Shown here: piece by piece, positions 27,727 to 36,868 of the stretch
Position numbering within the stretch: position 1 is the stretch's first letter
Layout of the letters: the number at the start of each line of letters is the position of its first letter
From: Thermoanaerobaculia bacterium
Lineage (GTDB): Bacteria; Acidobacteriota; Thermoanaerobaculia; Multivoradales; J023
Direction of reading: 5' to 3'
Length of the DNA: 64,000 nt
NCBI GenBank assembly: GCA_028066595.1
Contig: JALCBJ010000016.1
Coordinates: forward strand, 23,085 to 87,084
Made by a program: the position numbers and the translations under genes
Notes under the pieces: generated by a model
Databases searched by the model: none
Told to the model about the DNA's origin: nothing
Seen by the model: the letters and a program-made list of their open reading frames with translations, nothing else

Positions 27727-27848
27727 GAACGGACCTCGCCACCGGGTAGCCGTTTCCGGACGGAGTTCGTTGTCTCAGGAGCTTCTCTGGCGAGACCGAC
27801 GAGCCTACCACCGACGGGCGTTCGCAACATGCTTCGATCGAGGCTCTC

Positions 27849-28682
27849 TCAACCGTCCCCACGAATCAGAGTGCGGAGTGGATCAGAGACGTCTTGCACC
27901 GCTCCGCTACTGGTACGGGAACCACTCGGAATCTGGCCTTCGTCGGACGGCGCGGTACAGCTGGCGGAATCATAGTTCCGGGGGATCTCGGCGGACGGGA
28001 TGGGCTGGGCCAGCGTTTCACGTACTTGCTCGATCCACCGGACCTCCTGGCCGCGGCGGCTGTCGACGAAGACCTGACTGCCTTCGTCACCTTCTTCCTC
28101 CAGGCGCCACCAAGCTACGGCCGCGCCGCCTTCGACCAAGGACCACCACTGGACCCGACCGTTGGCATCGAGGCGCCCACTCCAGAGCTGGCCACTCCGA
28201 TCCTGGTAGGAGATCAGCCCTTCCCCCCGGCGCAGGTCGTCGTACGGTTCGGCCGGCATCCGACCGAGGATCAACCTCGGTAGGTGGATCAAAGGCAGAT
28301 ATGCGATGGGAACGAATGACTGTTGTTCGGCACTCTCGATCGCGCAATAGAGGTCCTCTCGGTGGTCGAGCCACAGACCCTCTCCACCGTCTGCCACGAT
28401 CAGACTCCAGACCTTGCGGCCGAGCGTGTCCGACGCATCCATACGGAAGCTATGCCGCGATTCCAGGTAGAGCGTCAAACGGAACGACAGCTCCCCTTCC
28501 GGGCCCTCATAGTGAATGCGAAAGAGCCGCTGTGTCGGAAACGCGTCGTCCGGGATCTGCCAGGGCTCGTCGACCCGCGAAGCGCCCGGTAGGAAGCCCG
28601 TACCGCTGACACATGCAGAGAGCGCGACACCCACGGCCAGACAGAACGCCAGGATCGTCGCGGTGCTCCGCCTCGGCTTCAC
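27849..28682 (-). CDS. lipoprotein, LolB-like/DUF4292-like (putative)
   Basis: GTG start VKPRRSTATILAFCLAVGVALSAC with lipobox LSAC. The start overlaps the upstream TPR gene stop (GTGA). The track ORF extension to 29039 is antisense artefact. Confidence 0.5.
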   Translation of the reverse strand: MKPRRSTATILAFCLAVGVALSACVSGTGFLPGASRVDEPWQIPDDAFPTQRLFRIHYEGPEGELSFRLTLYLESRHSFRMDASDTLGRKVWSLIVADGGEGLWLDHREDLYCAIESAEQQSFVPIAYLPLIHLPRLILGRMPAEPYDDLRRGEGLISYQDRSGQLWSGRLDANGRVQWWSLVEGGAAVAWWRLEEEGDEGSQVFVDSRRGQEVRWIEQVRETLAQPIPSAEIPRNYDSASCTAPSDEGQIPSGSRTSSGAVQDVSDPLRTLIRGDG

Positions 28683-30922
28683 GGCCCGGAGCGTTCCAGC
28701 TTCTCCAGCTTGTCGCGGAGCTCCATGCGATGGGCCTCGCTGAGCTCTTGGTTCACGTCGGCCCCGGCGTCCAGCTCCAGCGCCCGTCGATACGCACCCA
28801 ACGCCTCTTCTTGCATTCCCAGCGCCGAATAGACGTCTCCCAAGTGATGGAAGACCGTGGGATCTTCTCTTTCTAGTCGCGATGCCCATTCCAGATGCTG
28901 ACGTGCCTCGTCGAATCGCCCGAGCTGATAGTAGGCCCAACCGAGAGAGTCGACGTAGGCACCGTTGTCCGGCTCCACCGAAACTGCGCGCAGGATCAGC
29001 TCGAGCGCACGATCTAGGTTGGCACCCTGCTCGGCCCACATGTAGCCGAGATAGTTGAGCGTCGGAACGTGATCCGGTGCCTGTTCGAGGAGTCCTTCGA
29101 AGACCTTCGCGGCTGGCTCGAGGTCACCGGAGCGCTCCAAGGCGGCGCCGAGCATGAATCGGGCCGCTACGGATTCCTCGTTGGCTGCCACCGCACGCTG
29201 GAGCACCGGAACCGCGTCCGCGTGGAGATTCTGGCTTTGCAGCACGCGGGCGACGAAGACGAGGTCTTCCGGATCGCCGCTCTCCGCCAATACTCCGAGC
29301 TCGCCGTGAGCCTCGGCCGCATGACCGTGTCGCAGCATCAGCTGCAAGCGTTTGGCGCGTAGCTCCGGCGGTTCGTCGCCGACTGACAACTGAGCGATCG
29401 CTTCATCCGCCTTTCCCAGAGCTGCCAGCGCATCGGCCCACAGCTGAGTTGCGATGCGTCGGGCCTCCTCCGGTGCTTCCGGCCGGTCCAGATCCGGGAT
29501 CCGATCGAGAACGTCCTGCCACTGCTCGGTGTCCGCGAGATCGAGAAGCTGACGAATTCGCAGAGCACGGGCCAGCTCCGCCGCTCCAGATTCCTCCAAG
29601 CGGAGGATGGCATCGTCCAAGATCTGCCTGGCTTCTCCTACGTGACCGGCATCGATCCGCAATTCGGCCAAGCTCTGGGCGAACAGCGGCAGATCCTCCG
29701 GTTCCGCCCCGTCGATCAGGGGGACGACGAGTTCCGCCGCCGTCACGGGATCGCCGTTGCGTTGGAGGATTCCGGCCAGAGCCAGCTTGAATTCTCGTTT
29801 CAGCTCGTCCGGTGCCGAATCGACTTCCGCACGCAGCAGCACCTCGGCATCGGCCGCTCGACCTACCCTCTCGTTCAGCCGGGCCAAGAGCAGAACGTCC
29901 TTCGCACGCTGCTCTGCGTCATCTTCCGCTAGTTGGGACCCGAGGACGTCCAGTGCCTCCTCGTAGCGAGCCAACGAGACCAGGATCGACATCCTCAGAC
30001 GGAAGTACCCTGGCGACCGGGGATCGTCTTCGAGCATCTCGTTACTGAGAGTCAAGGCCTCCTGGTGACGCCCTACCAAATGAAGCTCCCGCGTCAGTAC
30101 CTGGCGCAGACGCAGTCGATCCCGCAATTCGTCAGGCGCGGCCTGAAGGACAGCGATGGCTCGTTGATGTTCGCCGCGCCGGCTGCGCAGCTCCGCGAGG
30201 CGAATCCGGGCCTCGATACGAGTCGGCTCCAACTCCAACAAGAGCTCCAGAGCTTGCTCCGCTTCGCCCTCTCGGCCCGCACCGAGCAAGGCCTCTACCA
30301 GCATGCCCTGGATCATTCGGTTTCGAGGTGCCAAGTCGGCGGTTTGCAAGAGCAGGTCCGCAGCATCGCCGGCGCGTCGTTGCCAGAGATAGATCTGCGC
30401 CAGGGAGGTCATCGCCTGCAGGTCCTCGGACTCCGCGAGGATCTCGAACGCGGCCCGGGCCCGATCCAACGCCTCCGGATCCCGGTCGGTCCGTCTCCAG
30501 TGCACATCGGCATACACCCGAAGAACGTCGTGGTTCCCGGGCTCGGACCGGAAGGCCTGATCTACGAGCTTGGCCGCACGGTCTACGTGGCGAGTCTGCA
30601 CTGCGGCTTCTCTGGCGATCTGCGCCAGGTAGAGCTGGAACTTGGCAGCCTCCACCAGACTGTACGCATCGCCCCCCAATCTCAGTGCCTCTTCGTAGGC
30701 TTCGACGGCAGCCGTCAGCTGCCCTCGGTCTGCGAGCAACTTGGCACGGGCAAACGCGAACGTCGCGTCCGACACGGGGCTCTCTTCCTTCTCCCGCGGG
30801 GACTCCGCAGCCGCGGCAACGGCGGGAACCAGGAGAGAGAAGAGAGTCAGCCCGAGAGGGAGCAACCAGCTGTGGGTCCAGGAACGAGGGGTCGGCTTTC
30901 GAGAGTCGATATTCACAAACAA
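28679..30922 (-). CDS. secreted multi-TPR repeat protein
   Basis: 747 aa. Signal peptide (WLLPLGLTLFSLLVPAVAAAAE), then about 16 TPR-like helix pairs. Confidence 0.7.
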   Translation of the reverse strand: MFVNIDSRKPTPRSWTHSWLLPLGLTLFSLLVPAVAAAAESPREKEESPVSDATFAFARAKLLADRGQLTAAVEAYEEALRLGGDAYSLVEAAKFQLYLAQIAREAAVQTRHVDRAAKLVDQAFRSEPGNHDVLRVYADVHWRRTDRDPEALDRARAAFEILAESEDLQAMTSLAQIYLWQRRAGDAADLLLQTADLAPRNRMIQGMLVEALLGAGREGEAEQALELLLELEPTRIEARIRLAELRSRRGEHQRAIAVLQAAPDELRDRLRLRQVLTRELHLVGRHQEALTLSNEMLEDDPRSPGYFRLRMSILVSLARYEEALDVLGSQLAEDDAEQRAKDVLLLARLNERVGRAADAEVLLRAEVDSAPDELKREFKLALAGILQRNGDPVTAAELVVPLIDGAEPEDLPLFAQSLAELRIDAGHVGEARQILDDAILRLEESGAAELARALRIRQLLDLADTEQWQDVLDRIPDLDRPEAPEEARRIATQLWADALAALGKADEAIAQLSVGDEPPELRAKRLQLMLRHGHAAEAHGELGVLAESGDPEDLVFVARVLQSQNLHADAVPVLQRAVAANEESVAARFMLGAALERSGDLEPAAKVFEGLLEQAPDHVPTLNYLGYMWAEQGANLDRALELILRAVSVEPDNGAYVDSLGWAYYQLGRFDEARQHLEWASRLEREDPTVFHHLGDVYSALGMQEEALGAYRRALELDAGADVNQELSEAHRMELRDKLEKLERSGP

Positions 30923-31134
30923 GCTCCGCGGGCAGGATAGCAGTGGCTGGAAAGGCGATTCAACGCGGCTCGGCCCTCACCGCCCGCCTTTGGCGGTTTC
31001 TTTACAGGCCGACGCAAGCGAGGTAATATCGAGACTTACGCTAATCTGGACACCCTTCTCCAGTGACGGTATGACGAAACGGCCTCTTGGCGCGCTTCTA
31101 CGATTTCCTCTCCTTCGGCTGCCAGGACACTCCC

Positions 31135-32373
31135 ATGCAGAACACACCTTCGGCTTCCGCACATCGCAAGATCGATAAGAAGCTGGGTCAGCTTCTTGTC
31201 GAGAAAGGACGCATCACCGGCGAGCAGTTGATTCGTGCCATCCAGAGCCAACGCGCGCTGGGCGGTCGAATCGGCACCTGCTTGCTGGAGATGGAGGTTC
31301 TCGGCGAGGACGAGTTGCTGCAAGCTCTGGAGGAACAGTTGCGGGTATCGTCCGCGGGTGTCGATGAGCTACGCGTCATCGACGCTTCGGTTCTCAACCT
31401 GGTACCCGGCAAGATGGCGGCCCGCTTCGAGGCGGTTCCTTTCGCGGCCGACGACAAAGAGCTGCACATCGCGACCCTTCATGTACGCCATCTGGCATTT
31501 CTCGATGAGCTCCGCTACCTGACCAATCGCACGGTCGTGCCGCACATCGCCAACGAGGTTCGCATCTTCGAAGCTCTCCAGAAGCACTATCGGGTGGAGT
31601 TGCCGAAACGATACGGCCACCTCCTCGACCGACTCAACCGTACGCGCTATATGTGGGACGAAAGCGCCAAGGTGCTCCTGGGTGCCGAATCTCCCGTCGA
31701 TTGGACAGATCCCGACGAGGCGTTCGGAGAACGCTCCCCAGCGGCCCGAGCAGCTGCCGGCAAGTCCACTCCTCGATCGTCCAATCCGTCTCAGGGCACC
31801 GCAGGTGTGTCACCTTCCAATGCGTCGGCCGTTCCTCAGTCGCGTAGGCGCGCTTCGGGAGCAGATACGTGGCCCGCTGGGGTCCTGTCCCTCGATCAGG
31901 TGGACCGTCTCTTGGAAAACGAGGGCGATCCGCAACGAGTGGCGGAAGCGGTGGTGCGTTTCGCCGCGCAGAGTTTTACCCGCACCGCCCTGTTCAAGGT
32001 ACAGAAGAACAACGTCTATGGTTGGTTGGCAAGAGGTGAGGGGATCGACAGGAAGCTGTTCATGGCCTTGGAGCTGTCTCTGGGTGAGCCATCGCTGTTC
32101 TTGAACCTGGCCAAGGGCACTACGCAGTACCTCGGCCCACTGCCGCCCATGCCGATCCATCGCCGAATGGCCTGCGCCTGGGGAGGAGACTTTCCCAGCG
32201 AGTGTCTGATGCTACCGATCCGAGTACGTGAGCACCTCGTCAGTGTGCTCTATGGAGATCGGGGTCCTCTGGGGCTACTCGGCGTCGACGTGGAGGTGTT
32301 CCAGCGACTCCGAGATCGGGCTTCAGAGGCTCTGGAGCTGTGCGTACTACGAAAGAAGATCAAGACGGCCTGA
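31135..32373 (+). CDS. MshEN (T2SS GspE N-terminal-like) domain protein, putative c-di-GMP receptor
   Basis: Start MQNTPSAS. Residues 15-38 KLGQLLVEKGRITGEQLIRAIQSQ match the 24-residue MshEN c-di-GMP-binding motif RLGxxLLxxGxIxxxQLxxALxxQ. A second half-motif follows (LGEDELLQALEEQL). The C-terminal 200 aa are uncharacterized. Confidence 0.6.
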   Translation: MQNTPSASAHRKIDKKLGQLLVEKGRITGEQLIRAIQSQRALGGRIGTCLLEMEVLGEDELLQALEEQLRVSSAGVDELRVIDASVLNLVPGKMAARFEAVPFAADDKELHIATLHVRHLAFLDELRYLTNRTVVPHIANEVRIFEALQKHYRVELPKRYGHLLDRLNRTRYMWDESAKVLLGAESPVDWTDPDEAFGERSPAARAAAGKSTPRSSNPSQGTAGVSPSNASAVPQSRRRASGADTWPAGVLSLDQVDRLLENEGDPQRVAEAVVRFAAQSFTRTALFKVQKNNVYGWLARGEGIDRKLFMALELSLGEPSLFLNLAKGTTQYLGPLPPMPIHRRMACAWGGDFPSECLMLPIRVREHLVSVLYGDRGPLGLLGVDVEVFQRLRDRASEALELCVLRKKIKTA

Positions 32374-32378
32374 AAATT

Positions 32379-32744
32379 ATGTCCTCGACATCCCGCTCTT
32401 CTCTGAGACCGCTCGCGGTCGATCAGCCATCTCTTACCGCGAGGCCGACCCGCACGGCGGCTGGCTTCAAGAAGGTCATCAAAGCCGACCTCGTCGATCG
32501 TGTCGTCGAAGACGCCGAGATTCCTCGGATCACCGCCGCGCAGGCTGTGGACGCCATTCTCGACGGAATGAAGACTGCCCTCGCGGACGGCAAACGGATC
32601 GAATTGAGGGGATTTGGCGTTTTCCAAGTCCGTGCCCGCAAGAAAGGGATGGGACGCAATCCCCGTACGGGGGACGAAGTGCCGATCACCCCCGGCAAGA
32701 CGGTCCGATTCAAACCGGGGAAAGAGCTGCGCGATATCGGCTGA
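32379..32744 (+). CDS. integration host factor / HU family DNA-binding protein with N-terminal extension
   Basis: Start MSSTSRSS. Core KADLVDRVVEDAEIPRITAAQAVDAILDGMKTALADGKRIELRGFGVFQVRARKKGMGRNPRTGDEVPITPGKTVRFKPGKEL is a canonical IHF/HU fold with the RNPRTG arm. Confidence 0.7.
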   Translation: MSSTSRSSLRPLAVDQPSLTARPTRTAAGFKKVIKADLVDRVVEDAEIPRITAAQAVDAILDGMKTALADGKRIELRGFGVFQVRARKKGMGRNPRTGDEVPITPGKTVRFKPGKELRDIG

Positions 32745-32770
32745 CTATCCGAGGCGGGTCGGCCGGCCGC

Positions 32771-33226
32771 TTACAGCACCTTGCCGTCACGCACGTCGAT
32801 GACGAAGGTGACCGGGCCGTCATTGACCAGGTGAACGTTCATGTGGGCGCCGAATATCCCACCCTCGACCCGGTGCCCTCGGTCTGCCAGATCACTCATC
32901 AATTCCTGGACGAGCGGCTCCGCCACCTCGGGGCGGGCAGCGGCGTTGAAAGAGGGCCTGCGTCCCTTGCGCAGGCTGGCCGCCAAGGTGAACTGCGACA
33001 CCACTAGAAAATCGCCGCCGGCAGCCCGGATATCCAAGTTCATCTTGCCTGCCTGATCTTGGAACAGGCGTAGTCCGGTGAGCTTGTCTGCTAGCGCAGC
33101 CACGTCCGCAGGGCCGTCACCATCCTCGGCCGCGACCAGCACCAGGATCCCGCGATCTACGCTGCCGACGACCTCGTCGGCCACGACGACCGACGCCCGA
33201 CTCACCCTCTGAAGTACTGCCCGCAC
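32771..33226 (-). CDS. dtd: D-aminoacyl-tRNA deacylase
   Basis: 151 aa. MRAVLQRVSRASV...SQFTL...GPVTF (SQFTL and NDGPVTF motifs). Confidence 0.85.
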   Translation of the reverse strand: MRAVLQRVSRASVVVADEVVGSVDRGILVLVAAEDGDGPADVAALADKLTGLRLFQDQAGKMNLDIRAAGGDFLVVSQFTLAASLRKGRRPSFNAAARPEVAEPLVQELMSDLADRGHRVEGGIFGAHMNVHLVNDGPVTFVIDVRDGKVL

Positions 33227-33433
33227 GTCAACTCCTCGCCATGCATCGCCCAGCGCCGTTTCTCTGACCGGAACGCCGGCTGCAAGATATCTCGTTCATT
33301 CTTCGTCCAATACAAGTGAACCGGGAGGAAGCTGCCCTACGCGGCTCTCTTCGCCCGCTCTCCGGTTGTCCGAATCACCTTGGGCGCCGCTGGAAACCGC
33401 GGGTATGATACGCACTCGCAAACAGGAGACCCC

Positions 33434-33925
33434 ATGCTGAACAAAGTGATGCTCATCGGCAATCTGGGCCGTGACCCGGAGATCCGTCATACCTCCACCG
33501 GCAGCCCGGTGGCGAATTTCACCCTGGCGACCAACCGGCGCTGGCGCGATCGCGACGGCAACCGCCAGGAACAAACCGAATGGCACAACATCGTCGTCTT
33601 CGGCCGCCAGGCAGAGGTGGCCGGCCAATATCTCACTCGTGGGCGTCAGATCTACCTCGAAGGCCGTCTCCAGACCAGCTCTTGGGACGACAAGAACACC
33701 GGGGAGAAAAAGTACCGTACCGAGATCATCTGCGAGAACTTCCAGATGCTCGGCGGTCGAGGCGACGGCGGCGGCGGTGGCTACGGCGGAGGCCGCAGCG
33801 GCGGCGGAGGTGGTGGCTACGGTGGTCCCGGCTACGGAGGCGGAGGAGCCGAGCAGGGCGGCGGCGGCTCGGGGCCGAGTGATGACTACGGCCCCGAGCC
33901 CGAAGACGACGATATCCCGTTCTGA
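33434..33925 (+). CDS. ssb: single-stranded DNA-binding protein
   Basis: Start [39 protein letters not shown] fold, a Gly/Tyr-rich linker, and the acidic tail DDDIPF. Confidence 0.9.
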   Translation: MLNKVMLIGNLGRDPEIRHTSTGSPVANFTLATNRRWRDRDGNRQEQTEWHNIVVFGRQAEVAGQYLTRGRQIYLEGRLQTSSWDDKNTGEKKYRTEIICENFQMLGGRGDGGGGGYGGGRSGGGGGGYGGPGYGGGGAEQGGGGSGPSDDYGPEPEDDDIPF

Positions 33926-34005
33926 TCTCAGCTTGCTCTCAGCGCTCCGGAGGGCCCGCGCTCGTGGGTCCCGCGCTGCACATGGGGCTGCAACGCGCAT
34001 CCCCT

Positions 34006-36711
34006 TCACTGCAATCGATGCTTCAAGCTCGCGAGCAAGTTGAGAGCCGCCAGCGGCGTCATCGATTCTAAGTCGGTGTCGCGAAGTATTTTGGCGACGA
34101 CATCCGATGGAGGTGAAAAGAGGTCCATCTGGGGTTGTACGCTTCGGGCCGACTCGGGCTTCAGCTCGCCTTCTCCTCTGCGAGGTTGCCCGGTGGGGTC
34201 GTACTCCTGCCGCTCCAGGTTCCCGAGAACCTCTGCCGCGCGGTCGATGAGATCGCCCGGCAGCCCCGCCAGCCGGGCGACGTGGAGACCATAGCTTTGG
34301 TCTGCTGTTCCTTCTACGATCCGCCGCAAGAAGACGATCTTGTCGTCCCATTCCTTTACCGCGAGGGTCCGGTTGACGACTCCTGGAAGCAGCGATGCCA
34401 ACTCGGTCAGCTCGTGGTAGTGCGTGGCGAAGAGCGCGAGCGGACGGCAGTGTTCGTGGAGATACTCGACGATGGCCCAGGCCAGCGACATCCCGTCGAA
34501 CGTCGAGGTACCGCGTCCGACTTCGTCGAGGATCACCAGACTATGCTCCGAGGCGTGGTGAAGGATGTTCGCCGTCTCGATCATCTCCACCATGAAGGTC
34601 GACTCACCGCGAGCCAGGTTGTCCGAAGCACCCACCCGGGTGAAGATCCGATCGACGACACCGAGCTCCGCGGACGCGGCGGGTACGAAGCTGCCCACCT
34701 GAGCCAGCAGGACGATCAACGCCACCTGACGTAGATAAGTGGACTTGCCGCCCATGTTCGGCCCGGTCAAGACGACGATCCGGGCGTCTTGCCCCGTATC
34801 GCCGATGCCCAGCTCGCAGTCGTTGGGAACGAACGGATCGCTGCCGGTGTTCTCGACCACAGGATGTCGACCTTCGCGGATCACCAACGGCTCCCCTGCC
34901 GGGCGCATCTGAGGCCGAACGTAGGCGTGTTTCGCAGCCTGCTCGGCGAAGGTGGCCAGGACGTCGAGGGTCGAGAGAACCGTCGCCAGATCTCGCAGCC
35001 CTGCTCCGTGATCCACCACGCCCTGCTGCAGTCTCTGAAAGTGCGCCGCTTCCAGCCTCAACTGCTTTTCCTCGGCGGTCAGGATCTTCTCTTCCAGCTC
35101 TTTGATCTCCGGCGTGACGTAGCGTTCGGCATTGACCAACGTCTGCTTGCGGATGTAGTGATCCGGAACCAGATGGGTGTTGGCCTTGGTCACCTCCAGG
35201 TAGTACCCGAAGACCTTGTTGAACCGAATCTTCAGCGAGGAGATGCCGGTCTTGTTGCGCTCATCGTCTTCCATCGCCAGGATCACGCGTTTCGAGTCTC
35301 GCGCCAGGCCGCGGCACTCGTCGAGCTCCGCATCAATGCCCTCGGCGATCACACCCCCTTTGTCGAGCTTGGCGGGTGGCTCCTCTACCAGGGTCCTTTC
35401 GAGTGCCTGGGCCAGCTCGTCGAGCGGATCGACCTTGGCGAGCTCCTCGAGCAGGCCGGCGCTACAGCCTGCCACTTCCTCGAGGATGCCCGGCACGCGC
35501 CGCAGACCATCCCGTAGCACTGCCGCTTCGCGTGGCGACAGCACGCCCAAGACGGCACGCGACAGCAACCGCTCCGGATCTCCTAGCTCGGAGAGCCCGG
35601 CACGAATCTGCTCCCGAGTCTGGGGACGCTGTAGAAGATCCTGTACCGCATCGTGTCGTTCGGAGATGGCGTCGGGTTCTGCTAGGGGACGACGCAGCCA
35701 TTGCTTGAGCAGGCGTCCTCCACCCGAGCTGACCGTGCGGTCGATCACCTGCAAGAGCGTCGCCTTGCGCCCTCCCTCCCGCTGGTTTCGGAAGATCTCC
35801 AGATTGCCGAGAGTCGTTGCATCGAGGACCATGTCGGAGCGGGCGTCGCGTACCGCCAAGCTCTGAATGTGATCCAGGTTCGAGAACTGGGTCGAGCGGG
35901 CATACGCGAGAGCACAACCCGCTGCGAAGGTCGCTGGCTCGCGTTCTTCAAGACCGAAGCCCCGCAACGTCGCCGCACCGAAGTGTTCCCGCAGGAGCTC
36001 CGGAGCCTTCCGGGGGTCGACGTAGCGATCGTCCTCGAGCGGTGTCAAGCACAGGCCCGGCACCGCCTCGGATTCCAGGAAGGCTCGCAACTGCGGGGAT
36101 AGATCCTCCGGCTCGACAAGGATCTCGCGAGGAGCCTGTACGCGAAGGTCTTCGATAGCGTCTTCGACGCTTTGCCATCGGCGGACGAAGAATCGGCCGG
36201 TGGAAACGTCGAGAAACGCGCCGGCTCCGGCCTCGGCCTTCCAGGACACCGCGCAGAGCAGGTTGTCCTCCTTGCCGTCCAACAACTCGGGTTGTGAGAC
36301 CGTGCCCGGAGTGACGATGCGCGTCACTGCGCGTTTCACCAGCCCCTTGGCTTCCTTCGGATCTTCGACTTGATCGCAGATCGCGACTTTGTAACCGGCA
36401 CGGAGAATCTTGCCCAGATACGCCTCCAGGGCGTGGTGGGGAACGCCGCACATCGGCACTTCCTTGTCCGTACCCTTGTGGCGCGCGGTGAGTGCCACTT
36501 CCAAAATCGGGGCAGCGATCTGTGCGTCCTCGAAGAAGAGCTCGAAGAAGTCGCCCATCCGATAGAAGAGAATGGCGTCCGGATGCTCGGCCTTGACCTC
36601 GAGGAACTGCCGCAACATCGGTGTCAGCTGACTCGCGGAGAGCTTACCGCTGAGGCTCTTTTTTCCGGCCTTGTGCACTGGGCGCCGGGCTTCGCTGGCG
36701 GTCGCGGACAT
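34006..36711 (-). CDS. mutS: DNA mismatch repair protein MutS
   Basis: Start MSATASEARRP, confirmed as cat at 36709-36711. Mismatch-binding N-domain (TPMLRQFLEVKAEHPDAILFYRMGDFFELF), Walker A GPNMGGKST, DEVGRGTSTFDG, and a C-terminal HTH. Confidence 0.9.
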   Translation of the reverse strand: MSATASEARRPVHKAGKKSLSGKLSASQLTPMLRQFLEVKAEHPDAILFYRMGDFFELFFEDAQIAAPILEVALTARHKGTDKEVPMCGVPHHALEAYLGKILRAGYKVAICDQVEDPKEAKGLVKRAVTRIVTPGTVSQPELLDGKEDNLLCAVSWKAEAGAGAFLDVSTGRFFVRRWQSVEDAIEDLRVQAPREILVEPEDLSPQLRAFLESEAVPGLCLTPLEDDRYVDPRKAPELLREHFGAATLRGFGLEEREPATFAAGCALAYARSTQFSNLDHIQSLAVRDARSDMVLDATTLGNLEIFRNQREGGRKATLLQVIDRTVSSGGGRLLKQWLRRPLAEPDAISERHDAVQDLLQRPQTREQIRAGLSELGDPERLLSRAVLGVLSPREAAVLRDGLRRVPGILEEVAGCSAGLLEELAKVDPLDELAQALERTLVEEPPAKLDKGGVIAEGIDAELDECRGLARDSKRVILAMEDDERNKTGISSLKIRFNKVFGYYLEVTKANTHLVPDHYIRKQTLVNAERYVTPEIKELEEKILTAEEKQLRLEAAHFQRLQQGVVDHGAGLRDLATVLSTLDVLATFAEQAAKHAYVRPQMRPAGEPLVIREGRHPVVENTGSDPFVPNDCELGIGDTGQDARIVVLTGPNMGGKSTYLRQVALIVLLAQVGSFVPAASAELGVVDRIFTRVGASDNLARGESTFMVEMIETANILHHASEHSLVILDEVGRGTSTFDGMSLAWAIVEYLHEHCRPLALFATHYHELTELASLLPGVVNRTLAVKEWDDKIVFLRRIVEGTADQSYGLHVARLAGLPGDLIDRAAEVLGNLERQEYDPTGQPRRGEGELKPESARSVQPQMDLFSPPSDVVAKILRDTDLESMTPLAALNLLASLKHRLQ

Positions 36712-36868
36712 TGGAGCGGGAGTATATCCGGGCGACGACGCGATACGCCTCGCCGATCCCTCCGCCGCCCTATCGACAGGACATTTAGGCGCGACGTACA
36801 GGTATACTGGCTTTGTGCTCCTACCGGTACGGTTTCCATCGGTGACGATCGAAACGACTCTCGAGTTT

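Noticed and set aside
26839-27975. 378-aa plus-strand ORF antisense to dnaB; similar cases at 29933..30940, 16267..17001, 4209..5030, 2415..3101, 35216..35866, 13399..14025 and 36370..37263
   Set aside because: No recognizable domains, low-complexity composition, and complete overlap with strongly supported genes on the other strand.
33730-33900. GGC/GGT-rich repeats in ssb coding region
   Set aside because: Encodes the Gly/Tyr-rich flexible linker of SSB ([26 protein letters not shown]). Coding low complexity, not a repeat element or CRISPR.
33296-34351. 351-aa minus-strand ORF covering the ssb region
   Set aside because: Arg/Ala/Gly-rich nonsense translation antisense to ssb, which has a canonical OB fold and acidic tail. 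Artefact.
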